Source: an uncultured Candidatus Saccharibacteria bacterium (GTDB lineage: Bacteria > Patescibacteriota > Minisyncoccia > Portnoybacterales > UBA2143). Taken from it: a DNA stretch of 64,000 bases. The stretch is taken from assembly GCA_964594155.1 (NCBI GenBank), contig CAZQLH010000002.1, forward strand, positions 44,324 to 108,323, written 5' to 3'. The position numbers and the translations under genes are program-made. The notes beneath the pieces were generated by a model. The model was not told the origin of the DNA. It ran no database searches and saw only the letters and a program-made list of their open reading frames with translations. Of this stretch, positions 39,630-48,987 are shown one piece after another (within the stretch, counting starts at the first letter, position 1; each line of letters opens with the position of its first letter).

Positions 39630-40796
39630 TTAACGGATACTTTTATAACCCATTTGTGAATCTATTTTAGAAAACACTATCTGCCATAAATAATTCTTAT
39701 GCGCTCTAAAAGCTCCTGCACAAGCTAAAAGATAATAATTCCACATCCTCTTAAATCGTTCATCATAATGAAATTTGATTTTATTCCAGTTTTTATTAAA
39801 ATTCTCATGCCAAGCCATTAAAGTTTTATCATAATCTGTTCCAAAATTATGCCAATCTTTAAGCTTGAATATATTTTTATATGCCTTAGTGATTTGACTT
39901 ATTGAAGGATTCATTCCATTTGGAAATATATATTTATCAATCCAAGGGTCTACGCGATTAACTGACTTATTTTTTCCAATGGTATGTAATAGGAATAGAC
40001 CATCATCTTTTAAGCATTTGTTAACAACTTTGAAGAATTTCCTGTAATTTTTATAACCAACATGCTCAAACATGCCTACTGAAACAACACGATCAAACTT
40101 TCCCTTAAGATCCCTGTAATCCAGTAACTTTATTTCAACATCAAGGCCCTGACAAAATTCCTTGGCTAATCTTACTTGTTCTTTAGAAATGGTAATGCCT
40201 ACTACTTTAGCTTGATATTCCTCTGCGGCAAATTTTGCCAGACTTCCCCAACCACAGCCAATATCTAAAAGAGTCATGCCTGGTTTTAACTTTAATTTTT
40301 TGCAAATCAGATCTAATTTAGCCTCTTGGGCTTGATCTAAAGTTTTTGCATTCTTCCAATAACCACAACTATAATTCATTCTTTTATCAAGTATATTCTT
40401 ATAAAAATCATTACCTATATCATAATGCCATTCTCCAATTTTGTACGCTTCTGACTTTTTTTGCTGATTTATTACTTTGGTTTTAATAATATTCCAAATA
40501 AAACGCTTTAAGTTTTTAATTTTCTCATCCAATCTTGCTCTAATAGATCTGTCAATTAACTGATCAAGCGCTTTGCATTCCCACCATCCATCCATATATG
40601 ATTCTCCTAAAGCAAGCGATCCTCCAGCTAAAACCCTTGAATAAAAACCTTGGTTATTTACTTGAATATCCCAGGGTCTTTTCCCATTGATCTTAATATC
40701 TGCTTGATTAAGAAAATCTTGCATTGTTTGTTTTGTGTTTTTCATTTTCATATTAATAATTACTGATATCGTATATAAAAAATTGACCAGAGTCAA
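39630..40796 (-). CDS. cfa: Cyclopropane-fatty-acyl-phospholipid synthase
   Basis: MTLLDIGCGWGSLAKFAAE SAM motif within a CFA-synthase-like sequence. Confidence 0.8.
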   Translation of the reverse strand: MTLVNFLYTISVIINMKMKNTKQTMQDFLNQADIKINGKRPWDIQVNNQGFYSRVLAGGSLALGESYMDGWWECKALDQLIDRSIRARLDEKIKNLKRFIWNIIKTKVINQQKKSEAYKIGEWHYDIGNDFYKNILDKRMNYSCGYWKNAKTLDQAQEAKLDLICKKLKLKPGMTLLDIGCGWGSLAKFAAEEYQAKVVGITISKEQVRLAKEFCQGLDVEIKLLDYRDLKGKFDRVVSVGMFEHVGYKNYRKFFKVVNKCLKDDGLFLLHTIGKNKSVNRVDPWIDKYIFPNGMNPSISQITKAYKNIFKLKDWHNFGTDYDKTLMAWHENFNKNWNKIKFHYDERFKRMWNYYLLACAGAFRAHKNYLWQIVFSKIDSQMGYKSIR

Positions 40797-40822
40797 TAAA
40801 AATGGTAATTTAAGCAGTATAG

Positions 40823-40908
40823 GGAGAGGTTCGAGAGTGGTTTAATCGGACGGTTTCGAAAACCGTTGTTGTTTTTGACAACCGTGGGTTCGAATCCCAC
40901 CCTCTCCG
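40823..40908 (+). tRNA. tRNA-Ser (anticodon CGA)
   Basis: Acceptor GGAGAGG/CCTCTCC, anticodon stem ACGGT/ACCGT with loop TTCGAAA and a long variable arm. Its 3' half is nearly identical to tRNA-Ser(TGA) at 6596. Confidence 0.8.
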
Positions 40909-40909
40909 C

Positions 40910-41461
40910 ATGAGTAAAAAAACAAACAAAAATATTGAAGTTGAAACTAGAGACTTTATTTCTAAATCTCAATATTATTCCTTAATAAAATTTTTAAAAA
41001 ACAAAGGAAAGTTTTTAGGACAAGATAAACAAATCACCTACTATTTCTCTGGCAAAAATGATTTAAGAATACAAAAGAATAATAAATTTGCTAAGCTTTG
41101 GTTAAAAATAGGTTGTAATATTTATGACGATCACCGAGAAGAAATAGAAATCAAATTTGATAGAAATGATTTTGACAGATTAGAAGAACTGCTTATTAAG
41201 CTTGGATATAAAGTAGAAATAAAGTGGTTTCGGACCAGAAATCGCTTTCAATGGAAAGGAACTAAAGTAACTGTAGATTCTACTAAAGGTTATGACTATA
41301 TTATTGAATTAGAAAGAATTTCAGATAAAAAGAATAAAGAAAAAGTTTATCAAAAATTACTCCAACAACTTAACCAACTTAAAGTAGAATTAACGCCTAA
41401 AAAAGAATTTGAAAGGAAGTATAAGTATTATAAAAAGAATTGGCCAAGGCTAATTAAATAA
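40910..41461 (+). CDS. CYTH-like domain protein (class IV adenylate cyclase/triphosphatase fold), tentative
   Basis: N-terminal IEVETRDFI resembles an ExExK-like start; 183 aa. Confidence 0.35.
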   Translation: MSKKTNKNIEVETRDFISKSQYYSLIKFLKNKGKFLGQDKQITYYFSGKNDLRIQKNNKFAKLWLKIGCNIYDDHREEIEIKFDRNDFDRLEELLIKLGYKVEIKWFRTRNRFQWKGTKVTVDSTKGYDYIIELERISDKKNKEKVYQKLLQQLNQLKVELTPKKEFERKYKYYKKNWPRLIK

Positions 41462-41466
41462 TCATT

Positions 41467-41958
41467 ATGACTAATTTTTTAATCAACAATCAAATTACAT
41501 TCCTCTTTATAGCAACCATAGTTGTTTTAATCATTTGGAATATTACTCTTTCGTATAATCTCTGGCAAATCAGAAAAAAACTTAAAACATTTTTTAATGG
41601 AAAAAAAGCTTCTGATTTAGAAGGAGTTCTTTTTGAAGAAATCAGAAGATTAAAAAAAGCAGAAGATAGTATTAAAAAATTATTAGAATTTTCAAAAGAA
41701 TTAGAAAAAACAACTAAAAAAAGCGTTCAAAAAGTCAGTGTTATTAGATTTAATCCTTTTAAAGAAACTGGCGGCGATCAAAGCTTTGTTATTGCCCTGC
41801 TTGATAGTCAAGATAATGGACTCGTTATTTCCAGCTTATACACCCGCGAAGGAACCAGAATCTACAGCAAACCAATTGAAAATGGCCAATCAAAATACCC
41901 TTTGTCTAAAGAAGAATTAGAGGCCTTAAAAAAAGCAGGGATCAAAGCTGAAAAATAA
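41467..41958 (+). CDS. Hypothetical membrane-anchored protein
   Basis: 163-aa ORF with an N-terminal TM helix. Confidence 0.45.
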   Translation: MTNFLINNQITFLFIATIVVLIIWNITLSYNLWQIRKKLKTFFNGKKASDLEGVLFEEIRRLKKAEDSIKKLLEFSKELEKTTKKSVQKVSVIRFNPFKETGGDQSFVIALLDSQDNGLVISSLYTREGTRIYSKPIENGQSKYPLSKEELEALKKAGIKAEK

Positions 41959-41983
41959 TCTTATATAATTACATATCGCATAT

Positions 41984-42010
41984 AAAAAAACCGGCTATCA
42001 TAAGCCGGTT
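41984..42010. terminator. Hairpin terminator (T-tract on the minus strand)
   Basis: aaaaaaaccggctatcataagccggtt. Confidence 0.5.
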
Positions 42011-42196
42011 AAATTATTTCACTTAACGTTTACGTGTATCTGATGTTTCTTGCCGGATTCATCAGTATTTGCGTACATTTTAGCACATTCGTCGACTGTT
42101 TGAATAAGCTTTGGTTGTACGCTATTCGGAGGCAAGAAATATGGGCGGAGCAAAAGGACATTCCATTAATTTACATTTGAGTCCTTTTTGTGTAGC

Positions 42197-42239
42197 CAGA
42201 TATGCGTTGTTATACTTGCTGTTTTTTGGAGGCAAATTC
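42197..42239. repeat. Intergenic element IG1: cagatatgcg...ttttttggaggcaaattc. The 18-mer at 42222-42239 is the exact reverse complement of 43163-43180.
   Basis: Direct sequence comparison. Confidence 0.7.
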
Positions 42240-42291
42240 CCACCCAAACGTCATAAAAATTTTCTGATTTTACACATAGACCTCTTAGCAA

Positions 42292-43116
42292 TTATTTTTT
42301 AGCTGATATCAAGTAATGTTTTCTAGGGTAATAATCATCGTTTCCGATTGCTCTGCTATTATACTCCTTTTCTAGTTTTTCGATCTCTTGTATTAGTCCA
42401 TTCTGTAAATCCGAATTGTTTAAATTTTTGATTCTTCCTTTCGCCCATTCTAAACGTTGCCTAAATTCAATATCTATTTCCTCTTTACTTTCAAAAAATT
42501 GAGTATCATTAATTTGTAGCCCTGAATTTTTTATCAATGGAATGATCCAATCTGACGGATACTCAAAAGTTCTGATAGTTGGAAGAAAGAGAGTCAACGA
42601 TTTCGCGATCATCATATACAAATTTACTATCTCCGTCAGATCTCTAGGATTTCTTTTAGAAAGTTCAGGATCACCCTCAATTTTATCCATAGAAATATAA
42701 TCGAATTTAGGCTCATATCCCCAATAAGCTTCTCTGTCTATAAATATGACTTCACCACCTTTTTTCAAAAATTTAAACAATGCCTTGAAAGTATCGGAAA
42801 GCCTTGAAGGAGTAATCTCTCCAATAAGATAATCAGCTAAAATTAAGTCAAAAGTTGAATCACTAAAGGTAGAACTTTTTGAAATATCACCATATTTTAA
42901 AGTGTAGTTTTCATAACTCTTGTTGATTAGCTCTTGATTTGCTTGTTCACCCTTCCTTAGATCTCCTTCATATGCGAGCAATGTCAAATGCTCTGGATTC
43001 CTTTGAGCGAGAAACCATGCACTAGTTCTACCTGTTCCAGCGTCTAAAACAGATTTACCATCAAGAGATTTTCCTTTAAAATAGTTTTCTATATATTGAA
43101 ACTTTTGACTGATCAT
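42292..43116 (-). CDS. Class I SAM-dependent methyltransferase
   Basis: VLDAGTGRTSAW motif I; 274 aa. Confidence 0.65.
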   Translation of the reverse strand: MISQKFQYIENYFKGKSLDGKSVLDAGTGRTSAWFLAQRNPEHLTLLAYEGDLRKGEQANQELINKSYENYTLKYGDISKSSTFSDSTFDLILADYLIGEITPSRLSDTFKALFKFLKKGGEVIFIDREAYWGYEPKFDYISMDKIEGDPELSKRNPRDLTEIVNLYMMIAKSLTLFLPTIRTFEYPSDWIIPLIKNSGLQINDTQFFESKEEIDIEFRQRLEWAKGRIKNLNNSDLQNGLIQEIEKLEKEYNSRAIGNDDYYPRKHYLISAKK

Positions 43117-43162
43117 AATTTTAAAAATAGTTGCTAAGAAAACTTTTCCACCATACCTTCAT

Positions 43163-43269
43163 GAATTTGCCTCCAAAAAATGGCGTATAACGTTTCTGGA
43201 TATGCGATGTTGCGATAGCAATATGGGTGAAGCGAAGCGGAACCGCATATCCAGTGTTATGTGATGTAG
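43163..43269. repeat. Intergenic element IG2: 18-mer gaatttgcctccaaaaaa, a hairpin with arms ggatatgcg/cgcatatcc (loop containing gcgatagc and gcggaac), then gtgttatgtgatgtag
   Basis: Seen in the sequence. It is homologous to the elements at 45729-45830 and 44813-44866. Confidence 0.7.
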
Positions 43270-43320
43270 TGAAAAACATTCCTTAGTTATTTATAATTTT
43301 TAGTAATTTACATCCTTGTT

Positions 43321-44748
43321 TTAATAGCTTTTAGCAAAATACCAGTCATGTTTTGCCTCTTTTCCTGTTATAAAACATTTACTATTTTTAGGATTACTGT
43401 CTTCAAAATGTTTTGGTAAAACTCTTGATACCATAGAAAATTTTTCTTTCAATAATTTTTCTGATTCTACACTTTCACACCAGCTTGCTTCAAAAAAGCC
43501 AACTTGATCTTTAATATCATGTATACTTTCAATCCTGTGTATATGATACGTTGCAAATTCCTGAGCTTGCTGAAATAAGTTATTTTGAATGCTTTCAAAT
43601 AGTTGGGGTATAATAGAATCTAATTTTGCTAAATGTATTTTTTCTTTTGAATTTGTATCTCTTCTAAAAATTGTTAATTCGGATGAGTCTAGTTCTTTTT
43701 CACCAATTTCAATCCTAATAGGGACACCTTTTACTTCCCAATAATTAAACTTAAAACCAGGAGTCAATTTTTCTCTAATATCAATTTTTGTTCTATAGTC
43801 AGAAAGTTTTGATTCTATTTCTTTTGCAAATCCGATTATTTTATTTTTATTATTCTCTTTGAAAATTGGAGTAATTACAATTTGGATAGGGGCAATGTTC
43901 GGTGGCAAACGAAGTCCTGAATTATCACCATGAGTCATAATAACCGCACCTATTGACCTCCAGCTGAATCCCCAGGAGTTTTGATGGCAAAAATGTTGCT
44001 TTCCATCTTCACCAAGATATTTAACATCAAAAACTTTAGAAAAATTTGTTCCCAAGTAATGACTTGTGGCACCTTGAATTGCCTTACCATCTTTAACCAT
44101 AATTTCTGTTGTTTTTGTTGTGACCGCACCTGCAAATTTTTCCGCTTCAGACTTTTTTCCTGCAATTACAGGTATTGCCATGAATTCATAAATATCTTTG
44201 TAGATATTTAACATTTGATCCACTTCGTTCCTGGCATCTTCTTCGTTTGCAAAAACAGTATGTCCCTCTTGCCATAAAAACTCACTCCACCTTAAAAATG
44301 GTCTTGGACGTTTTTCCCATCTGACAACATTGTTCCATTGATTTAAACGAAGTGGTAAATCTTGATAGCTTTGTATCCATTTAGAATATGTTTTATACAT
44401 TGCTGTTTCGCTGGTTGGTCTAATAACTAGCTTATTCACTAATTCTTCACCACCTCCATGAGTTACAACTGCTAATTCAGGAGAAAATCCCTCAATATGC
44501 TCTTTCTCTGCTTCCAAATTTTCAATAGGTACAAAAATTGGAAAATAAACATTTTCTACTCCAGTAGCTTCAATTCTTTTGGATAACTCACTTTTAATTA
44601 GTTCCCAAATTTTGTATCCGTATGGTTTAACTATTCCGCAACCTCTAACTTCGGAAGTTTCTGCAAGGTCAGCTTCACGAACTACATCATGATACCATTG
44701 AGAAAAATTTTCTTCTTGCTTGGTGATTTGTTTTTTATCGAATTTCAT
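43321..44748 (-). CDS. proS: Proline--tRNA ligase, archaeal/eukaryotic type
   Basis: FSQWYHDVV...GCGIVKPYGYKIWE N-terminus and class II motifs, with a C-terminal zinc-binding domain; 475 aa. Confidence 0.85.
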   Translation of the reverse strand: MKFDKKQITKQEENFSQWYHDVVREADLAETSEVRGCGIVKPYGYKIWELIKSELSKRIEATGVENVYFPIFVPIENLEAEKEHIEGFSPELAVVTHGGGEELVNKLVIRPTSETAMYKTYSKWIQSYQDLPLRLNQWNNVVRWEKRPRPFLRWSEFLWQEGHTVFANEEDARNEVDQMLNIYKDIYEFMAIPVIAGKKSEAEKFAGAVTTKTTEIMVKDGKAIQGATSHYLGTNFSKVFDVKYLGEDGKQHFCHQNSWGFSWRSIGAVIMTHGDNSGLRLPPNIAPIQIVITPIFKENNKNKIIGFAKEIESKLSDYRTKIDIREKLTPGFKFNYWEVKGVPIRIEIGEKELDSSELTIFRRDTNSKEKIHLAKLDSIIPQLFESIQNNLFQQAQEFATYHIHRIESIHDIKDQVGFFEASWCESVESEKLLKEKFSMVSRVLPKHFEDSNPKNSKCFITGKEAKHDWYFAKSY

Positions 44749-44812
44749 AATTAAAGAGTAAATTACTGAAAATTATTTTAAAAAGAGTTTTTCACTATTT
44801 CACATAATGTTT

Positions 44813-44866
44813 GCGGCTATGCGTCTGTACTTGTATGACGTATAGCCGCTGTTAGCTGATGTAATT
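44813..44866. repeat. Intergenic element IG3: 13-bp hairpin gcggctatgcgtc/gacgtatagccgc followed by tgttagctgatgtaatt
   Basis: Seen in the sequence; related to IG2 and IG4. Confidence 0.6.
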
Positions 44867-44870
44867 AAAT

Positions 44871-45695
44871 TCAATTCAAACTTGTAACGTAATTTCTAAA
44901 AATTCCCATTATTTTTTTAGTATTTGGTCCGACACTACCATTTCCTACACGTTTACCATCAATGTTGACTACGGGGATTATTTCTTTGTTGGTTGCAGTA
45001 ATAAAAGCCTCAGAAATTCCTTTTAGCTCCTCAACGCTCAAATCTCTTTCCTCGATGTCAAAATGTTTTTTTGAAAGTTTAATAACTAAGTTTCTTGTCG
45101 TACCGAATAAGATATTCTGTTGGGGCGTGATTAGCTTATTGTTTTTGATAACGAAAAAATTGCTTGTTGTTGCTTCTAGAACACATCCCTCATAAGTATA
45201 CAATATTTCGAAAGCGTTTTTTTGTTTTTGTAAACCTTTTAGAGTTAACGCGGTTAAATAATTTGTTGTTTTAGCTCGCGGAAAATCCCTTTTATAATTA
45301 TGTGTAATAATTTTTATCCCCCTAGAGTAAACATGACCGGGTAGTTTCTCAAGCTTGCTGACTAATATATAAAAAGTAGGAGAGAATTTACCGGTATGTT
45401 TTTCTTCAGACCCACCAGTTAATACAATTCTTATATTTGATTCTTTATACTTATTTTTAGAAAGCAATTTTTTTATTATTTTTTTAATTTCAATATCTGT
45501 TGCCGGAATTTTTAGATTAATTGCCTTGGCGGAATTCTTAAGTCTTACCAAGTGTTCATCAAATAAAAAAACTTTTCCATTGTAGGTTCTCAAAGAATCA
45601 AAAACCCCATAGCTTCTTAATAATCCGAGGTCTGCCAAATTAATCGCAGCTTTATTTTCTGGCAGAAATTTTCCATTTAAATAACAAATTTTCAT
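44871..45695 (-). CDS. Class IV (fold-type IV PLP) aminotransferase, branched-chain/D-amino-acid aminotransferase family
   Basis: MKICYLNGKF start and EATTSNFFVIKNNKLITP...LFGTTR motifs. Confidence 0.7.
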   Translation of the reverse strand: MKICYLNGKFLPENKAAINLADLGLLRSYGVFDSLRTYNGKVFLFDEHLVRLKNSAKAINLKIPATDIEIKKIIKKLLSKNKYKESNIRIVLTGGSEEKHTGKFSPTFYILVSKLEKLPGHVYSRGIKIITHNYKRDFPRAKTTNYLTALTLKGLQKQKNAFEILYTYEGCVLEATTSNFFVIKNNKLITPQQNILFGTTRNLVIKLSKKHFDIEERDLSVEELKGISEAFITATNKEIIPVVNIDGKRVGNGSVGPNTKKIMGIFRNYVTSLN

Positions 45696-45728
45696 TGAAT
45701 TGAATTTAATTATTTCAGCTAACGTTCC

Positions 45729-45830
45729 GGCATATCTGAAGTTTTTTGTGGAGCGATAGCGGAACAAAAAATTTGGGAGAGCATTTTTCGGAGAAAAGTG
45801 CGAACCAGATATGCCGTGTTATGTGATGTA
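45729..45830. repeat. Intergenic element IG4: hairpin arms ggcatatctg/cagatatgcc (loop containing gcgatagc and ggaac), then gtgttatgtgatgta
   Basis: Seen in the sequence; homologous to IG2. Confidence 0.7.
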
Positions 45831-45899
45831 CCTGTTTTCCTTCAATCCGTCTTAGCGGATTGCTCTTAAAAAGAAAGAAATGGATTTGATTTTTTCCCG

Positions 45900-45948
45900 T
45901 TTGGGCGAGGGGCAAGAGGGGCTGGGGGTGAATTGCCCCTCGCCCAAA
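45900..45948. repeat. Perfect 16-bp GC-rich hairpin tttgggcgaggggcaa / ttgcccctcgcccaaa immediately 3' of the 635-aa ORF
   Basis: Seen in the sequence. Confidence 0.65.
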
Positions 45949-45955
45949 CACCTTA

Positions 45956-47863
45956 TTATTCTTTTGTTCGGTAATGCTCCTCAATAATTTTGTGTCCGGT
46001 TGCAACGAGTTCATGATATCCATGATTTGCTCTTGGGTCTTCGCTCATATTGTGAACATGGCGATCATCAAAGCCAAGTAAATCACCTTCTTTTTCTGAT
46101 GTGTCGGCTTGCCCGATGTTATGTCTAGTTTGAAATTCGTGAATAGCGGTTGTTGGAGTGCCGTCATAGAAAACAAGATGTTTTGGTTTTTCGTCTGGGT
46201 GTTGTTCAAAATATGTTTCCCAATATTCTTTGGCTGTTATAGTGTTTTCTGCCCTTTTCCAGTTTGCACTGGCAGATAGTAATATGGATCGCGCAGCATC
46301 TTCTTCTGTTTGATCTCCATAACTCCATTTGTTGCCCTTGTACAAATACATGCCTATTTTGTCGTTTGATAAAGTCTCATTTACTACATCTTCTGCCGTT
46401 TCTTCATCGAAGCCGAGTGCAATCATTTCTTCTCTCATAACACTAATAAAATCTCTTAGCATATTCTGTCGTTTTGAATAATCTCTTTCGTCTGAATATG
46501 CTTTGTACGCTTTTATAGACGGTGATTCTTCCGTTAAGCTCGTTGCCCACACAACAAAGGCAGAAACAAGTTTTTCGTCTTCCACCATGACTCTTTTTGC
46601 CTCACCATCGATTGTTTTAATTTCGGAAGCATATTTTGAGCCGGTTTGCGGGTCAACGGGTGTGTTCTCGGGAAGAAAAACTACACCTGCGTCAACTGGA
46701 ATCCCTGGATTGTCTAGTGTTGCAGGCCATACAAAAACATCGTTCCATTTTGTTTCACTTTGCGGTTTTGTGAAGTCCTTTTCCCAGCCATTGAAAGCAT
46801 AGTCATGTTGTGATGCCAGAACGTCAGAGGGGTACAAAAAGAAAACCTCGTTACTTTTTTCACCACCATAATATCCGTCAGCCACTATTTGAGCGGCAAA
46901 ATGGACAGCGGTTTTGTCGGGATAATTTGGAGCAGTTGCAAGTGAATGATTGAGTTGAGCGTTGAGCCGTTTCTTAGCTTCCTCCTCGTCTTCTGCTTGT
47001 AGCGCCCAATCTTCAACAAATTTTTGTATGGATGCTTCATCTCTTGCGAGCAAACCATCTCGGACTGCCATTGGTGGACGAAGCAGTTTTTGATCTCGCA
47101 ATACGCTCGTTAATCCATCGTGAAATTCCTGCAAACCAGCAGAGTGATAGACCATAGCGTTATGATCTCGAAATCCTTGTCGGGTAACATGCGAAAGAAA
47201 ATGCGGATTCAGCCTGCGCCATAGAGCAATGTATTCTTCCGTGCTAAGTTCGGCAAGCACTTCTGGACGAAGTAGTTCTCGTTTTTCTGAGTTCGACAAT
47301 GGCATTGTTTCCATTTTGGCGTAGTACGCTTCAAGCATTTTTTCTGGGTTGGGCAACTCTGCTTGTTTTTGAGCAAGTTTTTCTAATTCATCACGAAGTG
47401 CAAAAGCTTGTGAAGTAAGTTCTTCCATTTCAGCGTCCATTGTTGCGATTTCTGTTTGCATCTCTGCCGCTGATTTGTCCTTGATGCGGAAAAGTTTTTT
47501 GAGTCGTGTGGCAATTGTTTCAAGTCGTTGTTCCAATGCCAAAACTTTTTCAGCTTTGAGTGCGTCCAGTTCTCTAGCTTTTTGTTCTTTTTGTCCGAAC
47601 GATTCTGATTTTCCAGCAATACCTTCACCAACTGTGGCTGCACGTGTTCTCACCTCTGAAATTTCAGCTTCAACAGTTTGACGACCTTCGATGTCGTATT
47701 TTTGAGATATAGCGTGAGGGTCAAGCAAAGTACGTTTAATTTGCTCAATAGTTTGAGCAACAACTTCGGTTGTTTCTTGTGCAGTCTCAGCTTCTGGCGT
47801 GGGTTCGCCAGTAGGTTTTTCGGCGTGAGCTTGTTGTGTGTGTCTTTGTTCTTGGTTATCCAT
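45956..47863 (-). CDS. Hypothetical protein (635 aa) with a coiled-coil N-terminal half, strongly GC-rich and compositionally foreign
   Basis: About 45-50% GC by eye against about 33% for neighbours. The protein is rich in E/A/Q/T/R and poor in K/N/I, unlike the rest of the window. No motif recognised. Confidence 0.55.
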   Translation of the reverse strand: MDNQEQRHTQQAHAEKPTGEPTPEAETAQETTEVVAQTIEQIKRTLLDPHAISQKYDIEGRQTVEAEISEVRTRAATVGEGIAGKSESFGQKEQKARELDALKAEKVLALEQRLETIATRLKKLFRIKDKSAAEMQTEIATMDAEMEELTSQAFALRDELEKLAQKQAELPNPEKMLEAYYAKMETMPLSNSEKRELLRPEVLAELSTEEYIALWRRLNPHFLSHVTRQGFRDHNAMVYHSAGLQEFHDGLTSVLRDQKLLRPPMAVRDGLLARDEASIQKFVEDWALQAEDEEEAKKRLNAQLNHSLATAPNYPDKTAVHFAAQIVADGYYGGEKSNEVFFLYPSDVLASQHDYAFNGWEKDFTKPQSETKWNDVFVWPATLDNPGIPVDAGVVFLPENTPVDPQTGSKYASEIKTIDGEAKRVMVEDEKLVSAFVVWATSLTEESPSIKAYKAYSDERDYSKRQNMLRDFISVMREEMIALGFDEETAEDVVNETLSNDKIGMYLYKGNKWSYGDQTEEDAARSILLSASANWKRAENTITAKEYWETYFEQHPDEKPKHLVFYDGTPTTAIHEFQTRHNIGQADTSEKEGDLLGFDDRHVHNMSEDPRANHGYHELVATGHKIIEEHYRTKE

Positions 47864-48169
47864 AATTTTGAAGTTTAATCTGTTAATTATAGCTTAGATT
47901 AAGGCTAATATCAATCAAAAAACGTTTTCGTAGCGACCAGCGGGAGCGGAGAAAACACCTTATTCCCCCCTCTATAAAAAATAAAAAATCAAATCCATTT
48001 TCTTTTAAAAGCTTGGGCAATAGCCCAAAAAGGAAAACATGTATTTCACATAACTCGTTTATATACAATCTTTTTATATATAATTATTATTATTTGTATA
48101 TTATATACAATTTATGATATAATCTACAAATAATAACTTCATTAATATTTTAACAAAATACATTTATTT

Positions 48170-48985
48170 ATGCAAGAATATTTAATCCAAACAAAAAACG
48201 AACTAAAATTAAGAAACTACAGCATAAGAACAATAAAAAGTTATCTTTTGTGCTTAAAAGAATATTTTTCTTTTATTGAAAAAGATTTTGAAAAATTAAA
48301 TGTTGATCAAATAAGAAAATTTCTCTTAAAAAAACAAGAAAAAGGATATGCTCCTCAAACAATTAATCTTTATCTTAACTCAATAAAATTCTTTTATCGT
48401 GAAATTATTAAATCTTCTAATAATATAGATCTTAAATTCGCTAAAACAAATAAAAGATTGCCTGTTATTTTATCTCGGAAAGAAATTAAAAAAATTACAG
48501 AAAAAATAAAAAATAAAAAACATAAATTGATTATCTCTTTAACTTATGGGGCTGGTTTAAGAATCAGCGAAATAATTAATCTTAAAGTAAAAGATATTAA
48601 TTTAGAAGAATTAACTATTCATATTAAACAAGCTAAAGGCAAACAAGATAGAATCACTATATTCCCTGAAATACTAAAAAAAGATATTGGCATCTTAATT
48701 GCTTTAAAAGATATGAATAACTATATTTTTGAGAGTAATCGGGGCGGCAAACTATCTATGGGTTCTCTTCAGCAAATATTTAAAAAGGCGTTAAAATTAT
48801 CAAAAATTAAAAAACAGGCTACTTTTCATTCTCTACGACATAGTTTTGCCACTCACCTATTAGAAAATGGAACTGATGTTCGCTATGTCCAAGAATTATT
48901 AGGCCATCAAAATATTAGAACAACTCAAATATATACTAAAGTTACCAATCCTAGTCTTAAAAACATTAAAAGCCCTTTTAATTAA
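48170..48985 (+). CDS. Tyrosine site-specific recombinase (XerC/XerD/phage-integrase family)
   Basis: C-terminal HSLRHSFATHLLENGTDVRYVQELLGHQNIRTTQIYTKV carries the R...HxxR...Y catalytic residues; 271 aa. Confidence 0.8.
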   Translation: MQEYLIQTKNELKLRNYSIRTIKSYLLCLKEYFSFIEKDFEKLNVDQIRKFLLKKQEKGYAPQTINLYLNSIKFFYREIIKSSNNIDLKFAKTNKRLPVILSRKEIKKITEKIKNKKHKLIISLTYGAGLRISEIINLKVKDINLEELTIHIKQAKGKQDRITIFPEILKKDIGILIALKDMNNYIFESNRGGKLSMGSLQQIFKKALKLSKIKKQATFHSLRHSFATHLLENGTDVRYVQELLGHQNIRTTQIYTKVTNPSLKNIKSPFN

Positions 48986-48987
48986 GT

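Noticed and set aside
42111-42302. 63-aa plus-strand ORF
   Set aside because: It covers the IG1 repeat element, has no SD and odd composition, and is better explained as a non-coding repeat.
45715-46023. 102-aa minus-strand ORF
   Set aside because: It lies across the IG4 element and the GC hairpin and overlaps the 3' end of the 635-aa gene. It has no SD and is likely spurious.
47883-48068. 61-aa minus-strand ORF upstream of the recombinase
   Set aside because: It lies in an AT-rich promoter region and has no SD.
48059-48111. 11-bp direct repeat ttatatacaat upstream of the recombinase, as a possible att site
   Set aside because: Short AT-only repeats are expected by chance in roughly 20% GC intergenic DNA. 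It is mentioned only as context.
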